DNA of 64,000 bases from Candidatus Poribacteria bacterium (GCA_022825825.1 JAJDWA010000027.1:572-64571); one strand, 5' to 3'. Shown: positions 30,198 through 40,142, numbered from the stretch's first letter. Notes: generated by a model from the letters alone, not told the origin. Numbers and translations: made by a program.

Positions 30198-32561
30198 TTA
30201 TTCGGTATCCACATCTACATCCACATGCACATCGGGAGCGTCACTTGGGCGGTTAACCAGATCAGCGAGATATTCTGCGATTTTGTCTGTGATTTGTCCG
30301 GCATCTACATCGGCAAAATTAAAGAGTTCCTTAAGCATCGGTGAAATCGCACCTGTGTCAAGGAGCGTATTTGCAAGACGTCCCATGCTGCTTCGGTTGA
30401 TACCGCCTTTACCATCGTTGTTGCCCATATCAAGAATTTTGATGCTGTCAATTTGCTCTACAGGACGCATCATTTGTTCAATAATGTCAGGGGCTTCTTC
30501 AATTAATTCTAAGATTGCTTCTTGGACCAGGACACGTTGTTCGGCAACGTTACGGGCTTCATATTCCGCCATTTCACCTTGTGCTTTCGCTCGTGCTTCG
30601 GACAACACAGCATCAGCAAGACGTTCAATCGGTTGTGCTTGTGCTTCGGCACCGAGGATTGCAACATCACGTTGCCATTCAGCACCTTTTATCTGTTCGG
30701 TAGCAGTAACATTGACTTCCGCCTCCATACGTTCTGCTTCAGCCTCTAACTGCTCTTTTTCTGCAAGTGCAGTAAGCTGCTGTTTATTGGCAACATCAAT
30801 CTTTCTATCTTCGTCAGTGAGAGCGACACGTAATTCTTGACCGATACGGGATTGCTCGACCGTCAACATTTTATTAATTTCAGTAAGTTCCACCTGTTTG
30901 TTTTGGTCGATTTGTGCGGTTTCAACAACGAGGTTCTTCTCAATCTCACGTTGTTGCACCTGTTGTTCTTGTGCGAATTTCGCAGTTTGCACAGTCAACT
31001 CTCGTTCAACATCTCGCAACTCAACACCCTCTTCCTGAGCGATGCGCGCTTTTTCTACGAAGAGTTGCTTTTCAAACTCACGCTCTTGTACCTGTTGTTC
31101 CATACCGATTTTGTTGACATCAACCGCTAACGTCTTGGCGATCTCTGTGAGTTCCACCTGTTTGTTTTGGTCGATTTGTGCGGTTTCAACAACGAGGTTC
31201 TTCTCAATCTCACGTTGTTGCACCTGTTGTTCTTGTGCGAATTTCGCAGTTTGCACAATTAAGTCTCGCTCAACATCTCGCAACTGAACACCCTCTTCCT
31301 GAGCGATGCGGGCTTTTTCTACCATGAGCTGCTTCTCTATCTCGCGAACTTCAATTGTCTGTTCCTGTTCAATTTTTTCCATTTGAACAGTAAGATGTTG
31401 TGCGATTTCAGCGAGTTGAACGACTTTAGTTTGGTCGATCTGTGCGGTTTCAACAACGAGGTTCTTCTCAATCTCACGCTGCTGCACCTGTTGTTCTTGT
31501 GCAAATGTTGCTGTTTGAACCTCCAATTCTAACTCAACTTCTCGTAATTGGACACCCTCTTCTTGAGAAATACGTGCGCGTTCAACTTCCAACTTCATTT
31601 CGTATTCACGTTCTTGAACGCTCTGCTCCATCTCAAATTGGAACTTTATAGTTTCGGCTTCCCGTTCCGCAGCATAGATAGCGATATTTTTCTGCTGGTC
31701 GGATTCTCCCCAGGCCTGTTCCTGCTCTAATTCAAGTTCTCGGAGACGCGCTTCAACATTAATTTGTACGATGGCAACCTCTTTCGCTTTGATGGCAGCC
31801 TCTTTATCTCGCTCTTGTTCAGCAGTAATTTCAGTGATTTCGCGGATACCGACAGCATCAAATCGGTTGTCTGGACTTAGTATATCAATGGGGGTTTGAT
31901 CAACCCGAATAATGGAAACAGTATCGAGTGTCAAACCATTATCGAGTTTCAGATTTTCTCCACAAGTATCTTGAACTTTGTCTGCGAATTCGACACGTTT
32001 TTGTAGAAGATCCTGAATTTCACTTTCAGCGGCAACGCTTCTTATGGCACCGTCCAACATCGGTTCAATTAATTCGCGAATAGTTTCAGGCGTCATGGAT
32101 TTATCGCCGAGGGCTTGGGCAGCCTTTAAAATGTCGTCCTCAATTGGATCAACCTTAATATAAAAAACGACTTCAACATCAGCACGGTTGAAGTCTTTGG
32201 TAATCAAGGAATCGGTGGTTTCTCGGACCACCTCAATTCGCATGGTGTTGAGAGATATCTCTTTAATTTCATGAATAATCGTGTTAACCCAGAGACCACT
32301 GGTAATACGAATCTTTTCCCTTGCACCACCTGTTCTAACCAAGGCTATATCAGCTTTTGGTATCCTATAGCGGATAACAGAACCTATAAAAGCAGCCAAA
32401 GCTCCAAATAAGACAACCGCAATAAGGCCCATCCAGCGCAAGGTATTAGGTTCATTGGCTTGGTTTTCACCATCACCATCCGGCATCAGAAAATTATAGG
32501 CGAAATATCCGATGGCACATACAACAACAATTAGAAATACAACAACAAGAATGAGACGCAT
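30198..32561 (-). CDS. Flotillin/SPFH (band-7) family protein with an extended coiled-coil built from 88-aa tandem repeats.
   Basis: N-terminal TM segments followed by an SPFH domain (ADIALVRTGGAREKI...). Three nearly identical 88-aa repeats (...VQTAKFAQEQQVQQREIEKNLVVETAQIDQNKQVELTEI...) and a C-terminal flotillin-like tail. Confidence 0.8.
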   Translation of the reverse strand: MRLILVVVFLIVVVCAIGYFAYNFLMPDGDGENQANEPNTLRWMGLIAVVLFGALAAFIGSVIRYRIPKADIALVRTGGAREKIRITSGLWVNTIIHEIKEISLNTMRIEVVRETTDSLITKDFNRADVEVVFYIKVDPIEDDILKAAQALGDKSMTPETIRELIEPMLDGAIRSVAAESEIQDLLQKRVEFADKVQDTCGENLKLDNGLTLDTVSIIRVDQTPIDILSPDNRFDAVGIREITEITAEQERDKEAAIKAKEVAIVQINVEARLRELELEQEQAWGESDQQKNIAIYAAEREAETIKFQFEMEQSVQEREYEMKLEVERARISQEEGVQLREVELELEVQTATFAQEQQVQQREIEKNLVVETAQIDQTKVVQLAEIAQHLTVQMEKIEQEQTIEVREIEKQLMVEKARIAQEEGVQLRDVERDLIVQTAKFAQEQQVQQREIEKNLVVETAQIDQNKQVELTEIAKTLAVDVNKIGMEQQVQEREFEKQLFVEKARIAQEEGVELRDVERELTVQTAKFAQEQQVQQREIEKNLVVETAQIDQNKQVELTEINKMLTVEQSRIGQELRVALTDEDRKIDVANKQQLTALAEKEQLEAEAERMEAEVNVTATEQIKGAEWQRDVAILGAEAQAQPIERLADAVLSEARAKAQGEMAEYEARNVAEQRVLVQEAILELIEEAPDIIEQMMRPVEQIDSIKILDMGNNDGKGGINRSSMGRLANTLLDTGAISPMLKELFNFADVDAGQITDKIAEYLADLVNRPSDAPDVHVDVDVDTE
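30888..31680. repeat. Three tandem, near-identical 264-bp repeats inside the flotillin gene.
   Basis: The block gttccacctgtttgttttggtcgatttgtgcggtttcaacaacgaggttcttctcaatctcacgttgttgcacctgttgttcttgtgcgaatttcgcagtttgcac recurs at about 30888, 31152 and 31416. The period is 264 bp, which equals 88 codons, so it is in-frame. Confidence 0.85.
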
Positions 32562-32600
32562 TAATTTCTCCTATTATAAATATCACTTCAGAAATTGTTT

Positions 32601-34016
32601 CTATTGGAAGAGCATGTCACTGTTTTGGTTTGTCCTATAACGTCCCTTGAGCGGTTGGCGTGGAGAGGTTTGCCACGCGAGACTCGCAAGATAACAGAGT
32701 GTATTTTCAATTAAAGGTTTAGCGACAGCTGTTTTATGAGCATCCCGTGTATCTACGGCAAAACCAACGTAGTATCCGTCACCCCACTGTAATTGAATCC
32801 CGATAGGACCGTTATTATCTTCTCTGACTACCAACTTTCGATAACTTGGATCATTCGTAATCCAATGGTCGTCCGTCACCAAATTATCAACGTTGATCTT
32901 ATGGGGCCATGTAAACATGCCAGTTTTTTGACCGTCCTCGGTAATAGTTACGTTGGAATCCTCAGCACCAACGACGTCAATAGGATGCCGATCTACAGGC
33001 AGCCAGTCGCCACGCCATGCAGATTCAGATGCATGGACACCATCAGGCGGCACGATATTATTATCCATTGCCGATGTCCAAACAACACCACCTTTTCTAA
33101 CGAAGTCTTTGATTGCATCATCAGCGTCTTCGACAAAATACTCTCCGTCATGCCCCGTGGCAAACCAAGTGAACCAAATAATATCATAATTAGTAAGCGT
33201 AACGTTGGAGAGCTTTACAGCATTATTTGAGTCGCCTCGGTTATCAGGGTTATCGTTAATATGGACTGTTGTATATTGAAATTCTAAACCTTCAAGCGTT
33301 GTGAGAGATTGCAAAACGGCAGGTTCACCTGTCAGATTATCGCCTACAACAATCAGCACGCGAAAGACACCTAACGGCACAATCTTTATGGAGGACATGA
33401 TGTCGGAAAACGATTGTGAGTGGGGTAGATCGCGAAGATTCCGGATTGATTTCTGGAATTCGCGAGAGTTTAGGTCTATATTAATCTTACGCCCCTCAAA
33501 ATTCACATGCTCATAAAAAATGATATGGCATCCACTGAACGGGAAATTCGGACCACGCTGGATACGGACAGAAGAGATCATATCGTTCATGCCGACTTCA
33601 AACATTGAACTGACATCACGCATGATCAGACTCCGCCGTCCGCTGAAATCCACATCGCTAAACACCTCTATGACGACAGGAACAGCGCCATACACCGGCG
33701 GGGTAGGATGTGCAGCTGGGCTAAAACTTATAGATGTGATCGCATCACCGAAATTGTACGGTATCTCATGGATGTTCGGGTAAAATCCTGGCGCTAAAAC
33801 CAATCGTCTGCCTTTATATTTTTCATGTTCGTGAAAAATCGCTTTGTAGTTGGGAGACGCACTAAAGCCAGGTCCCTGGTATATCTTAATAGAAGAGATT
33901 ACGTCCTGAGCACCTATTTCGGTTGTATTCGGGATGGATTCTACAAGGGTAATCTTGCGTCCATGATAATTGACATGTTCAAAGACTTCAACGACTAACC
34001 TCGGTGTGCTCGCCAT
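32601..34016 (-). CDS. Two beta-gamma-crystallin domains fused to a ThuA/class-I-glutamine-amidotransferase-like domain.
   Basis: Four Greek-key motifs ((F/Y)xxxx(Y/F)xG...S): VFEHVNYHGRKITL, IFHEHEKYKGRRLVL, VFSDVDFSGRRSLI, IFYEHVNFEGRKINI. C-terminal roughly 270 aa (VLIVVGDN...DIIWFTWFATGHDGE...) looks like ThuA/DUF4159. It lies 40 nt upstream of the flotillin gene on the same strand. Confidence 0.65.
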   Translation of the reverse strand: MASTPRLVVEVFEHVNYHGRKITLVESIPNTTEIGAQDVISSIKIYQGPGFSASPNYKAIFHEHEKYKGRRLVLAPGFYPNIHEIPYNFGDAITSISFSPAAHPTPPVYGAVPVVIEVFSDVDFSGRRSLIMRDVSSMFEVGMNDMISSVRIQRGPNFPFSGCHIIFYEHVNFEGRKINIDLNSREFQKSIRNLRDLPHSQSFSDIMSSIKIVPLGVFRVLIVVGDNLTGEPAVLQSLTTLEGLEFQYTTVHINDNPDNRGDSNNAVKLSNVTLTNYDIIWFTWFATGHDGEYFVEDADDAIKDFVRKGGVVWTSAMDNNIVPPDGVHASESAWRGDWLPVDRHPIDVVGAEDSNVTITEDGQKTGMFTWPHKINVDNLVTDDHWITNDPSYRKLVVREDNNGPIGIQLQWGDGYYVGFAVDTRDAHKTAVAKPLIENTLCYLASLAWQTSPRQPLKGRYRTNQNSDMLFQ

Positions 34017-34312
34017 TTATCTCCCCTTTGCTGAAGGTTATTATGTTTATTTTAGTTTAATAACTATTATATCATTGAATTAAGGGGTTGTCAAGGAAAA
34101 AGGGAGCGAATGTTACTTTTTGCACTTGACTCCTCAAAAAAAATATGATAAATTTTTACAACATAGTTGTTCATAAAAATGTCCTTATTTATCAGAAAGG
34201 TTTCTTTATTGATTTTTTGAAAGTCATGTCTAATAGTTGGTAAACTCTCGGACTGTTCCTTCTCGACTGTATATTCGATACATCTTTTACAAGAAGATAG
34301 AGGGTAACACCG

Positions 34313-35185
34313 ATGCGCAATAACAAAATTTTTGTTTTATTCTGCTTTATAGGTATTAGTGCTTTCCTGGTCTACTTTCTTATAAAGATAGAAGACTCTG
34401 AGCGGAAAAAGAAAGCTGCTACTGCCCCAATTGAACTACCCTATACTTGGGTAGGCAATATTAGCAAAACAACAATCGCTGAACCTTCTGGCGTAACCTA
34501 TCACCCAATACGGCGAACTCTATTTGTTGTGGACGATGAGGGGCATATTTATGAGATTCGCCCAGACGGGACGGTTATTCAGACGAAGGCACTGCAAGCG
34601 CGTGATCTTGAAGGAATTACGACTAACCCCACAACAGGATGGCTTTATGCGGCTGTTGAGGATGATGAAGCCATTTTGGAAATTAGTCCACAGACACTTA
34701 CGATCCATCGAGAATTTAAAATCAATCGTACTTTCGAGGGAAAACCCCTTCTTAAAAAAGGAGGCATGGGAATAGAGGCAATAGCCTTTGTTCCGGACGC
34801 ATCGCACCCAGAGGGCGGAACTTTTTGGATTGGCAATCAATCATTTAGCCGAAAACCTGACGGGGAACCGTCAATTATATGTGAAGTGGTTGTGCCGCTT
34901 CTCACCTCCGAAGCAGCAGAAGCGGAAGTTAAAATTATCCGTTTCTTTAAGATGGGGTTCTTGGATATTTCTGGACTTGCCTACAACGCAAAGGCAGATT
35001 CTCTTGTCCTAATCAGCGATACAACGAACCTTTTGGTAGAACTAAAACGTGATGGAACAAACCTTCATCGCTACTTGTTACCGGGTGATGACCAAGAAGG
35101 TATTACGTTAGATGGACTCGGCTATATGTATATTGCACAGGAAAGTGGACAGATCATCAAGTTGGCTGATCGAAGGCTCCGTTAA
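34313..35185 (+). CDS. SdiA-regulated / YjiK-like beta-propeller domain protein (membrane-anchored).
   Basis: N-terminal TM anchor. IAEPSGVTYHPIRRTLFVVDDEGHIYEI...DLEGIT...GGMGIEAIAFVP matches the SdiA-regulated (PF06977) pattern. Confidence 0.65.
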   Translation: MRNNKIFVLFCFIGISAFLVYFLIKIEDSERKKKAATAPIELPYTWVGNISKTTIAEPSGVTYHPIRRTLFVVDDEGHIYEIRPDGTVIQTKALQARDLEGITTNPTTGWLYAAVEDDEAILEISPQTLTIHREFKINRTFEGKPLLKKGGMGIEAIAFVPDASHPEGGTFWIGNQSFSRKPDGEPSIICEVVVPLLTSEAAEAEVKIIRFFKMGFLDISGLAYNAKADSLVLISDTTNLLVELKRDGTNLHRYLLPGDDQEGITLDGLGYMYIAQESGQIIKLADRRLR

Positions 35186-35201
35186 AAAGAAAATTAGATG
35201 T

Positions 35202-35405
35202 TCACTCGGTATCTTGGAGGCGAAGCACAGCGACTTCGGGCATCAAACCTAAAACATGGTTCAGAGAAGCGTATTGTTCAGCCGTATACCCGCAATCTAC
35301 TCGCCATAACACCTGAATGTTGCCTTCATCGTAGATAACACCAGTGGCAAGTTTATTCCCTTTAACATCTTCTAACTGAAAACCCTTGCGGCGTTTCGTG
35401 TCCAT
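35202..35405 (-). CDS. Small hypothetical protein (67 aa).
   Basis: ORF only; no motif. It is adjacent to MITE copy b. Confidence 0.25.
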   Translation of the reverse strand: MDTKRRKGFQLEDVKGNKLATGVIYDEGNIQVLWRVDCGYTAEQYASLNHVLGLMPEVAVLRLQDTE

Positions 35406-35448
35406 AGCAGGATCCCTACAATTCAGGACTTCTAAAAGCCAATTATTT

Positions 35449-35694
35449 TATAGTATAACGTGAGTTTGATAAATCCCGTAGGCTTCTAAGTCCGATTTAG
35501 GACCTCTCTCTGGTAGGCGCGTTTAGAAAACGCGCCTACCAAGGGGTGTGGCCGATAAATTGACGCATAAGGGTTTCGCTGCGCTTTATCCAACGGACTA
35601 TACTCAATCTAATTACTAAACTCACGTTATTATACTAAAGATGCGTCCATCCTATTAAAATAAAATTCTTTTATCAAGCTCACGTTATAGTATA
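35449..35694. mobile_element. A roughly 245-bp MITE-like element with 25-bp terminal inverted repeats (copy b).
   Basis: Left end ttatagtataacgtgagtttgataaa (35449-35474). Right end tttatcaagctcacgttatagtata (35670-35694) is its near-perfect reverse complement. Inside are the hairpin ggtaggcgcgtttagaaaacgcgcctacc and a third TIR-like copy at about 35620. Confidence 0.6.
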
Positions 35695-35698
35695 CACG

Positions 35699-36535
35699 TT
35701 AAAGTTCAACAAAATCAGCATTTACGCGATGCGGAATCACACCAGCTTCATGACCACGGTTAAGCAATTCCTGTACCGCTTTTCTACCACTTTCTCCATA
35801 ATCCAAAGTATAATCATTAACATACATTCCAACGAACTTATCCGCGAGGTCGGTTTCCATGTCTCGTGCATAAGTCATTGCATATTCAAGTCCGCTCTCC
35901 CGATGTTCAAGTGAATATTGAATACTTTGTTTTAACAAAGATGTAATAGAGCGAATTTTCTCGATTCCGAGGTTGCGGCGGATAACATTTGCCCCAAGAG
36001 GTAGCGGCAGCCCAGTTTCTTCGTGCCACCATTCACCTAAATCAACTATTTTATGAAGCCCCTCGCGTGTGTAGGTCAGTTGTCCCTCATGAATGATGAG
36101 TCCTGCGTCTACTTCGCCTTTTTGGACAGCCTCAATAATCTTGTCGAAGCGGCGCGTTTCTGTTTCAACATCGGCGTGGAAGAGTTTCATCGTCAAATAG
36201 GCAGTAGTCATCTCTCCCGGTATTGCTATCCGTTTCCCAGTAAGAGTTTTCATTGGTGTTTTGGAAACGATTAGAGGCCCGTACTTATCCCCAATGCTTG
36301 CACCACAAGGCATGATTGCGTAATTATCTGCAACATACGCATAGGCGTGAACGGAAATCGCTGTAACTTCAAGTTCTGCGGCCAGTGCGCGTTGATTCAA
36401 AGTTTCAATGTCTTCTATAACGTGGAGAATTTCAAAAGGTGTCGTTGGAATAATCCCTTTTGCAAGGGCATAGAACATGAACGCATCATCAGAATCTGGA
36501 CTATGCCCAATCCGAATCTTCTCAGTCTCTGACAT
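35699..36535 (-). CDS. mqnD: Menaquinone (futalosine pathway) MqnA/MqnD-family protein, probably 1,4-dihydroxy-6-naphthoate synthase.
   Basis: RIGHSPDSDDAFMFYALAKG... is MqnA/MqnD periplasmic-binding-like fold signature. Length 278 aa. Confidence 0.65.
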   Translation of the reverse strand: MSETEKIRIGHSPDSDDAFMFYALAKGIIPTTPFEILHVIEDIETLNQRALAAELEVTAISVHAYAYVADNYAIMPCGASIGDKYGPLIVSKTPMKTLTGKRIAIPGEMTTAYLTMKLFHADVETETRRFDKIIEAVQKGEVDAGLIIHEGQLTYTREGLHKIVDLGEWWHEETGLPLPLGANVIRRNLGIEKIRSITSLLKQSIQYSLEHRESGLEYAMTYARDMETDLADKFVGMYVNDYTLDYGESGRKAVQELLNRGHEAGVIPHRVNADFVEL

Positions 36536-36589
36536 TAAGTGTTCCTTTCTAACATTGTTATTTCAATATGTTTATGCTATCATGATAAC

Positions 36590-37525
36590 ATGACGGCACA
36601 AAAATATCTGTATCTCATGGCGATTCCGTCTCAACTTGCAGAGCTAGTATCAGCAGAATCGGTTGCTTTGACGGGCGCTGCTCCCGATGAATATGGTATC
36701 ACAGTTTCGAATACTTGTGTTGATGTGCGACGAGGTGCCTATCTCAAAAGTTGTACTGAAGTACTCTTTGAAGTTGGAAACGTTGCTGAACTCCTTCCGA
36801 AAATTCGGTCTGCAGATTTACATGCAGACGGATTTCGGGTGTCAGTTGTTAAAAAGCCTCGCAGCCTGAATGTTGACTCAATGGCATTAGCAGGTCAGAT
36901 AGGGAGTTTCATTGGTGGCAAACCCAATTTATCGTCTCCGCAAATTGTCTTTTTAACTGTTGTTACGCCCCAAAAAATTTGGTTCGGTAGACTCCTCTCC
37001 GAATCTGATGGTATGTGGGTTGCACACGATCAGCGTCCACATGTAACTTCCAGTTCGCTACCTGCAAGGTTGGCTCGTGTTCTCGTTAACCTTGTGGCTT
37101 CTCCCGGTGAACATCTACTTGATCCGTGTTGTGGCACCGGCACGATTGTAATGTCGGCTGCACATTGCGATGTGCAAGCGTCGGGTTACGATATCAATCC
37201 GCGCATGGTAGGTGCAACAACTAAGAATCTTAAACATTACGGCCTCATGGCTGACGTTCAATTAAGCGATGCGCGGACGATCCAACAAAAGTTCGATGTA
37301 GTTGCTACGGATCTGCCTTACGGCATAAGTCTTGTTAAAGATACTACCGCGACCATAGAAATTCTGGCAAATCTACAGACTTGCGCTCCCAAAGCTGGAT
37401 TTATCGATATCCGCGATCTCAGCCAACCACTTGGTGATTTAGGGTATCAGGTAGAGAATGTCATACCTGTTCCGAAGCTACGTCTTGTTCGGCGTATTTT
37501 TATTACTTCCAGCGGCGATCAATAA
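36590..37525 (+). CDS. THUMP-domain-like class-I SAM-dependent RNA (N2-guanine/N6-adenine type) methyltransferase.
   Basis: LLDPCCGTGTIVMSAA (motif I) and DVVATDLPYG (DPPY-type motif IV). The N-terminal half is THUMP-like. ATG at 36590. Confidence 0.65.
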   Translation: MTAQKYLYLMAIPSQLAELVSAESVALTGAAPDEYGITVSNTCVDVRRGAYLKSCTEVLFEVGNVAELLPKIRSADLHADGFRVSVVKKPRSLNVDSMALAGQIGSFIGGKPNLSSPQIVFLTVVTPQKIWFGRLLSESDGMWVAHDQRPHVTSSSLPARLARVLVNLVASPGEHLLDPCCGTGTIVMSAAHCDVQASGYDINPRMVGATTKNLKHYGLMADVQLSDARTIQQKFDVVATDLPYGISLVKDTTATIEILANLQTCAPKAGFIDIRDLSQPLGDLGYQVENVIPVPKLRLVRRIFITSSGDQ

Positions 37526-37950
37526 TCGTCAATATTTTCATAAAAATCTGTTTCTGGTAAGTACTCGCCTTCATCAAGTTCATCTTCTTCATAGTCTTCG
37601 TAGTCCTCTAAACTCAAAAGTGAGTCGAGTTCACTGAGATTGTCTATGTAGATTTTGCAAATCCATCCATCACCTTCCGGTACACTGTTAATAAGTTCAA
37701 TATCTTCCTCAAGTGCTGTATTGACTTCATGGATTTCTCCGGCGACAGGCGCGTAAAGATAAAAGTTCCCTCCGGTTTCAGTTTCAATTCTGCCTATAAT
37801 TTCACCTTGCTCGCATTCTTGTTCAGGGGACACATCGACAAAAATAACCCCACCGTACAGGTGTTGCGCGCGTTCTGTAATGCCAATAGTTCCCTCTGTG
37901 TCAACAACCTCAATCCATTCATGCGTAGTTGTATATTTCACTGTGCTCAA
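37519..37950 (-). CDS. GcvH-like (glycine-cleavage H / lipoyl-domain fold) protein that lacks the lipoyl-lysine; acidic C-terminal tail.
   Basis: It aligns with GcvH (YTTTHEWIEV..., YAPVAGEIHEVNTAL, GDGWICKI). The ESVKA lipoylation site is replaced by RIETETGG. C-terminal tail DYEDYEEDELDEGEY. Confidence 0.7.
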   Translation of the reverse strand: MSTVKYTTTHEWIEVVDTEGTIGITERAQHLYGGVIFVDVSPEQECEQGEIIGRIETETGGNFYLYAPVAGEIHEVNTALEEDIELINSVPEGDGWICKIYIDNLSELDSLLSLEDYEDYEEDELDEGEYLPETDFYENIDDY

Positions 37951-37977
37951 CGTGCATTCCTCCGATAAGCTAAAACC

Positions 37978-38580
37978 TTACTGTAACTTTGTTTCTGTAA
38001 TTCCAATACTTTGAAGCTGTGCTTTGAAAGTTTTTAACTCTTTTTGCTGAATCTGAATTGCTATGTTTGGGGTTGGATCATATTCAATATTTGTTACTTG
38101 ACCTCCCAAGCGTTTACATAGTGTGACAACTGTGCCTATATGAGAGTAGGGGACATTTACATGTAAGTTGTGATAAAAAGTCAGGGTTTCTAAAGTTGCA
38201 TTTTCAAGACAGGCGCGTGCACATGTGCCATAAGCTCTAATCAATCCGCCAATCCCAAGATTAATTCCACCATAATACCGTGCAACAACGATTATAGTAT
38301 TAGATAATCCGGTGGCACGAATTGCCCCGAGAATAGGAGGACCTGCCGAATGTATCGGTTCACCTGCATCTGTTGAATATTCCAACTTTTCATCACCGCT
38401 ACCAAGACTATAAGCATAACAGTAGTGCGTGGCTTGACGAATCCGTGCCCTGATATCAGCAACAAACTTTTTGACTGAATCGTGGCTATTTACTGCTGAT
38501 GCTTCACCGAAAAACCGTGATTTTTTGACTACATGTTTAGCGGTAGCGATTCCGACAATTGTTTGATACTCCCCTGACAT
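37978..38580 (-). CDS. YigZ / IMPACT-family (UPF0029) protein.
   Basis: KKSRFFGEASAV...AYSLG....STDAGEP..SAGPPIL is the IMPACT N-domain signature. Start at MSGEYQ (38580). The ORF-track N-terminal extension would overlap a MITE. Confidence 0.7.
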   Translation of the reverse strand: MSGEYQTIVGIATAKHVVKKSRFFGEASAVNSHDSVKKFVADIRARIRQATHYCYAYSLGSGDEKLEYSTDAGEPIHSAGPPILGAIRATGLSNTIIVVARYYGGINLGIGGLIRAYGTCARACLENATLETLTFYHNLHVNVPYSHIGTVVTLCKRLGGQVTNIEYDPTPNIAIQIQQKELKTFKAQLQSIGITETKLQ

Positions 38581-38661
38581 AATACTTGTTTTTGTAATAT
38601 TGGATACTGTATCTGTATAAAAGTTTGAAAGTTTTCGATAAATGATATGCTTAAGATTATG

Positions 38662-38866
38662 GTGAATTATAAAAATAAATAGGCACTTTCGTCTCACGGT
38701 AGGCGGGGAATGCCTAAAGACGAATACGCCAAATCAACGGTATGAATGCCATTTAGGCATTCCCCGGGCATTCGCCATGATTCATACCTTTGATTTCTTG
38801 GTTTGGAGGTTTCCTAACCTCGTTGGCACAGAGCGTCCAAATAATTCTAAAATCTACCATAAATGT
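38662..38866. repeat. Family-2 MITE/REP-like element (long form).
   Basis: It starts gtgaattataaaaataaat, contains the ggtaggcgggg...ccccg hairpins and a ggtttcctaacc core, and ends aaatctaccataaatg. A short-form copy is at 29979-30080 and a reverse-orientation copy at 46399-46475. Confidence 0.6.
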
Positions 38867-38895
38867 TCAAAACAGTTGGATGTATTAAAGATCGC

Positions 38896-40050
38896 TTAAA
38901 AGTTCTGTCCGATTGAAAAGGTGTAGACAGCGGGGCCTTGGACGATGTGGATGCGTTCATCCTCAGACACACTTGGCTTGAATTGGGGGGTATAAGCGGC
39001 ATTTAATATAATGTTTCCGAACCGCACGCCAAATCCCAAGCAGAGACCTTCTGCCTTCCAATTTCGCTCTTCCATTTCAAGTGTAGCATCTTCCAAAAGG
39101 AAAACCGAGGCGTAACGTTTTTCAGTGTCCCTAATATATCCGATTCTGCCGCCAATGCGGTTGCGATACCAAATCTCAGTTCCAAGATTGATTCGGGCTC
39201 CATCACTAAAAGGCAGATGTAAATCTAAACCGAGCCGTAAAGACATGTTCGAAATTTCGCGTTGATAAGTTATACCGGCAGTGAAATCGCGGCGGATTTT
39301 ATCTGGGATAGTGGGGTCCACAAAGGACAAACCATTACTCAAATTGCGAACGACAATGCCTGCCTGAAATGCGTTTCCAAATTTCTGAATAAGTCCAACA
39401 TTATATGCGTAACCATGTCCAAAATGCTCGGTTTCCGACGGATCGGTGACTTTAGACCGTAACCACTTCGCATCAAATCCGACAACAGTGTTTCCAAAAC
39501 AATTTACACCGTAACCGATCCCGATAGCAAGGTTATTTTCTGGAAAACTATTGAGTGCTTTCCCTTCGTGGTTGACACGGCGAAAGGCACCCTCATGTGC
39601 TGTGGATAGAGCGACACCTATCGTGCCGAACTTGCCTATTGGAAATGCCCAATTCAATGTTTCAATACCGGAAGCACGCTGTTCATACTGACTATAATCC
39701 TCGTAGCTTGCATCGAAATTCGGTTTTGAAAGAAGAGCAATAGTTCGTGGAAAACGGGTCATGTGAATTACAAATCGGTTTCCTTTAGTAACACTGATAC
39801 CAGCAGGGTTGCTGCCGAGTGCGCTTGCGCCACCGGTTGTCCCAACAAAACTACCACCCATGCCACGATGTTCAGCACCGATCAACTGTTTTAGAAACCT
39901 GTCTGCTTCTGCTGTTGTGGTTGCTTTTGATGCAATTCCATTCGAAATGGAAAAGCAGAAAACAAGGTAAAATATATAAATCAATAAAGAGGTTTGTAAA
40001 CGTTGTGATAATAGGGTTCGCGGGTGTAAAAAATGCAAATTTCTCTTCAC
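38896..40050 (-). CDS. Putative outer-membrane beta-barrel protein (possibly PorV/PorQ-like T9SS component).
   Basis: Signal peptide, alternating amphipathic beta-strand pattern, Gly/aromatic-rich, terminal ...FSIGQNF with a C-terminal Phe. The PorV-like assignment is a guess from length (about 380 aa) and T9SS cargo nearby. Confidence 0.45.
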   Translation of the reverse strand: MKRNLHFLHPRTLLSQRLQTSLLIYIFYLVFCFSISNGIASKATTTAEADRFLKQLIGAEHRGMGGSFVGTTGGASALGSNPAGISVTKGNRFVIHMTRFPRTIALLSKPNFDASYEDYSQYEQRASGIETLNWAFPIGKFGTIGVALSTAHEGAFRRVNHEGKALNSFPENNLAIGIGYGVNCFGNTVVGFDAKWLRSKVTDPSETEHFGHGYAYNVGLIQKFGNAFQAGIVVRNLSNGLSFVDPTIPDKIRRDFTAGITYQREISNMSLRLGLDLHLPFSDGARINLGTEIWYRNRIGGRIGYIRDTEKRYASVFLLEDATLEMEERNWKAEGLCLGFGVRFGNIILNAAYTPQFKPSVSEDERIHIVQGPAVYTFSIGQNF

Positions 40051-40142
40051 TTTTCTTACTTACTCCAAAATATGTGTGTAGATATATCTGTGGCCACAGT
40101 GGGACGAACTTTTACACAGAGACAAAAGCACACAACCTAAAA

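Noticed and set aside
30283-31730. Plus-strand ORFs (up to 185 aa) within the flotillin gene.
   Set aside because: They are antisense to a strongly supported SPFH/flotillin CDS, Ser/Cys/Ala-rich low-complexity translations of the tandem repeat, and have no RBS.
38896-40050. Calling the outer-membrane protein PorV outright.
   Set aside because: Only the length and the presence of T9SS cargo support this. There is no diagnostic motif, so it is kept as a generic beta-barrel OMP.
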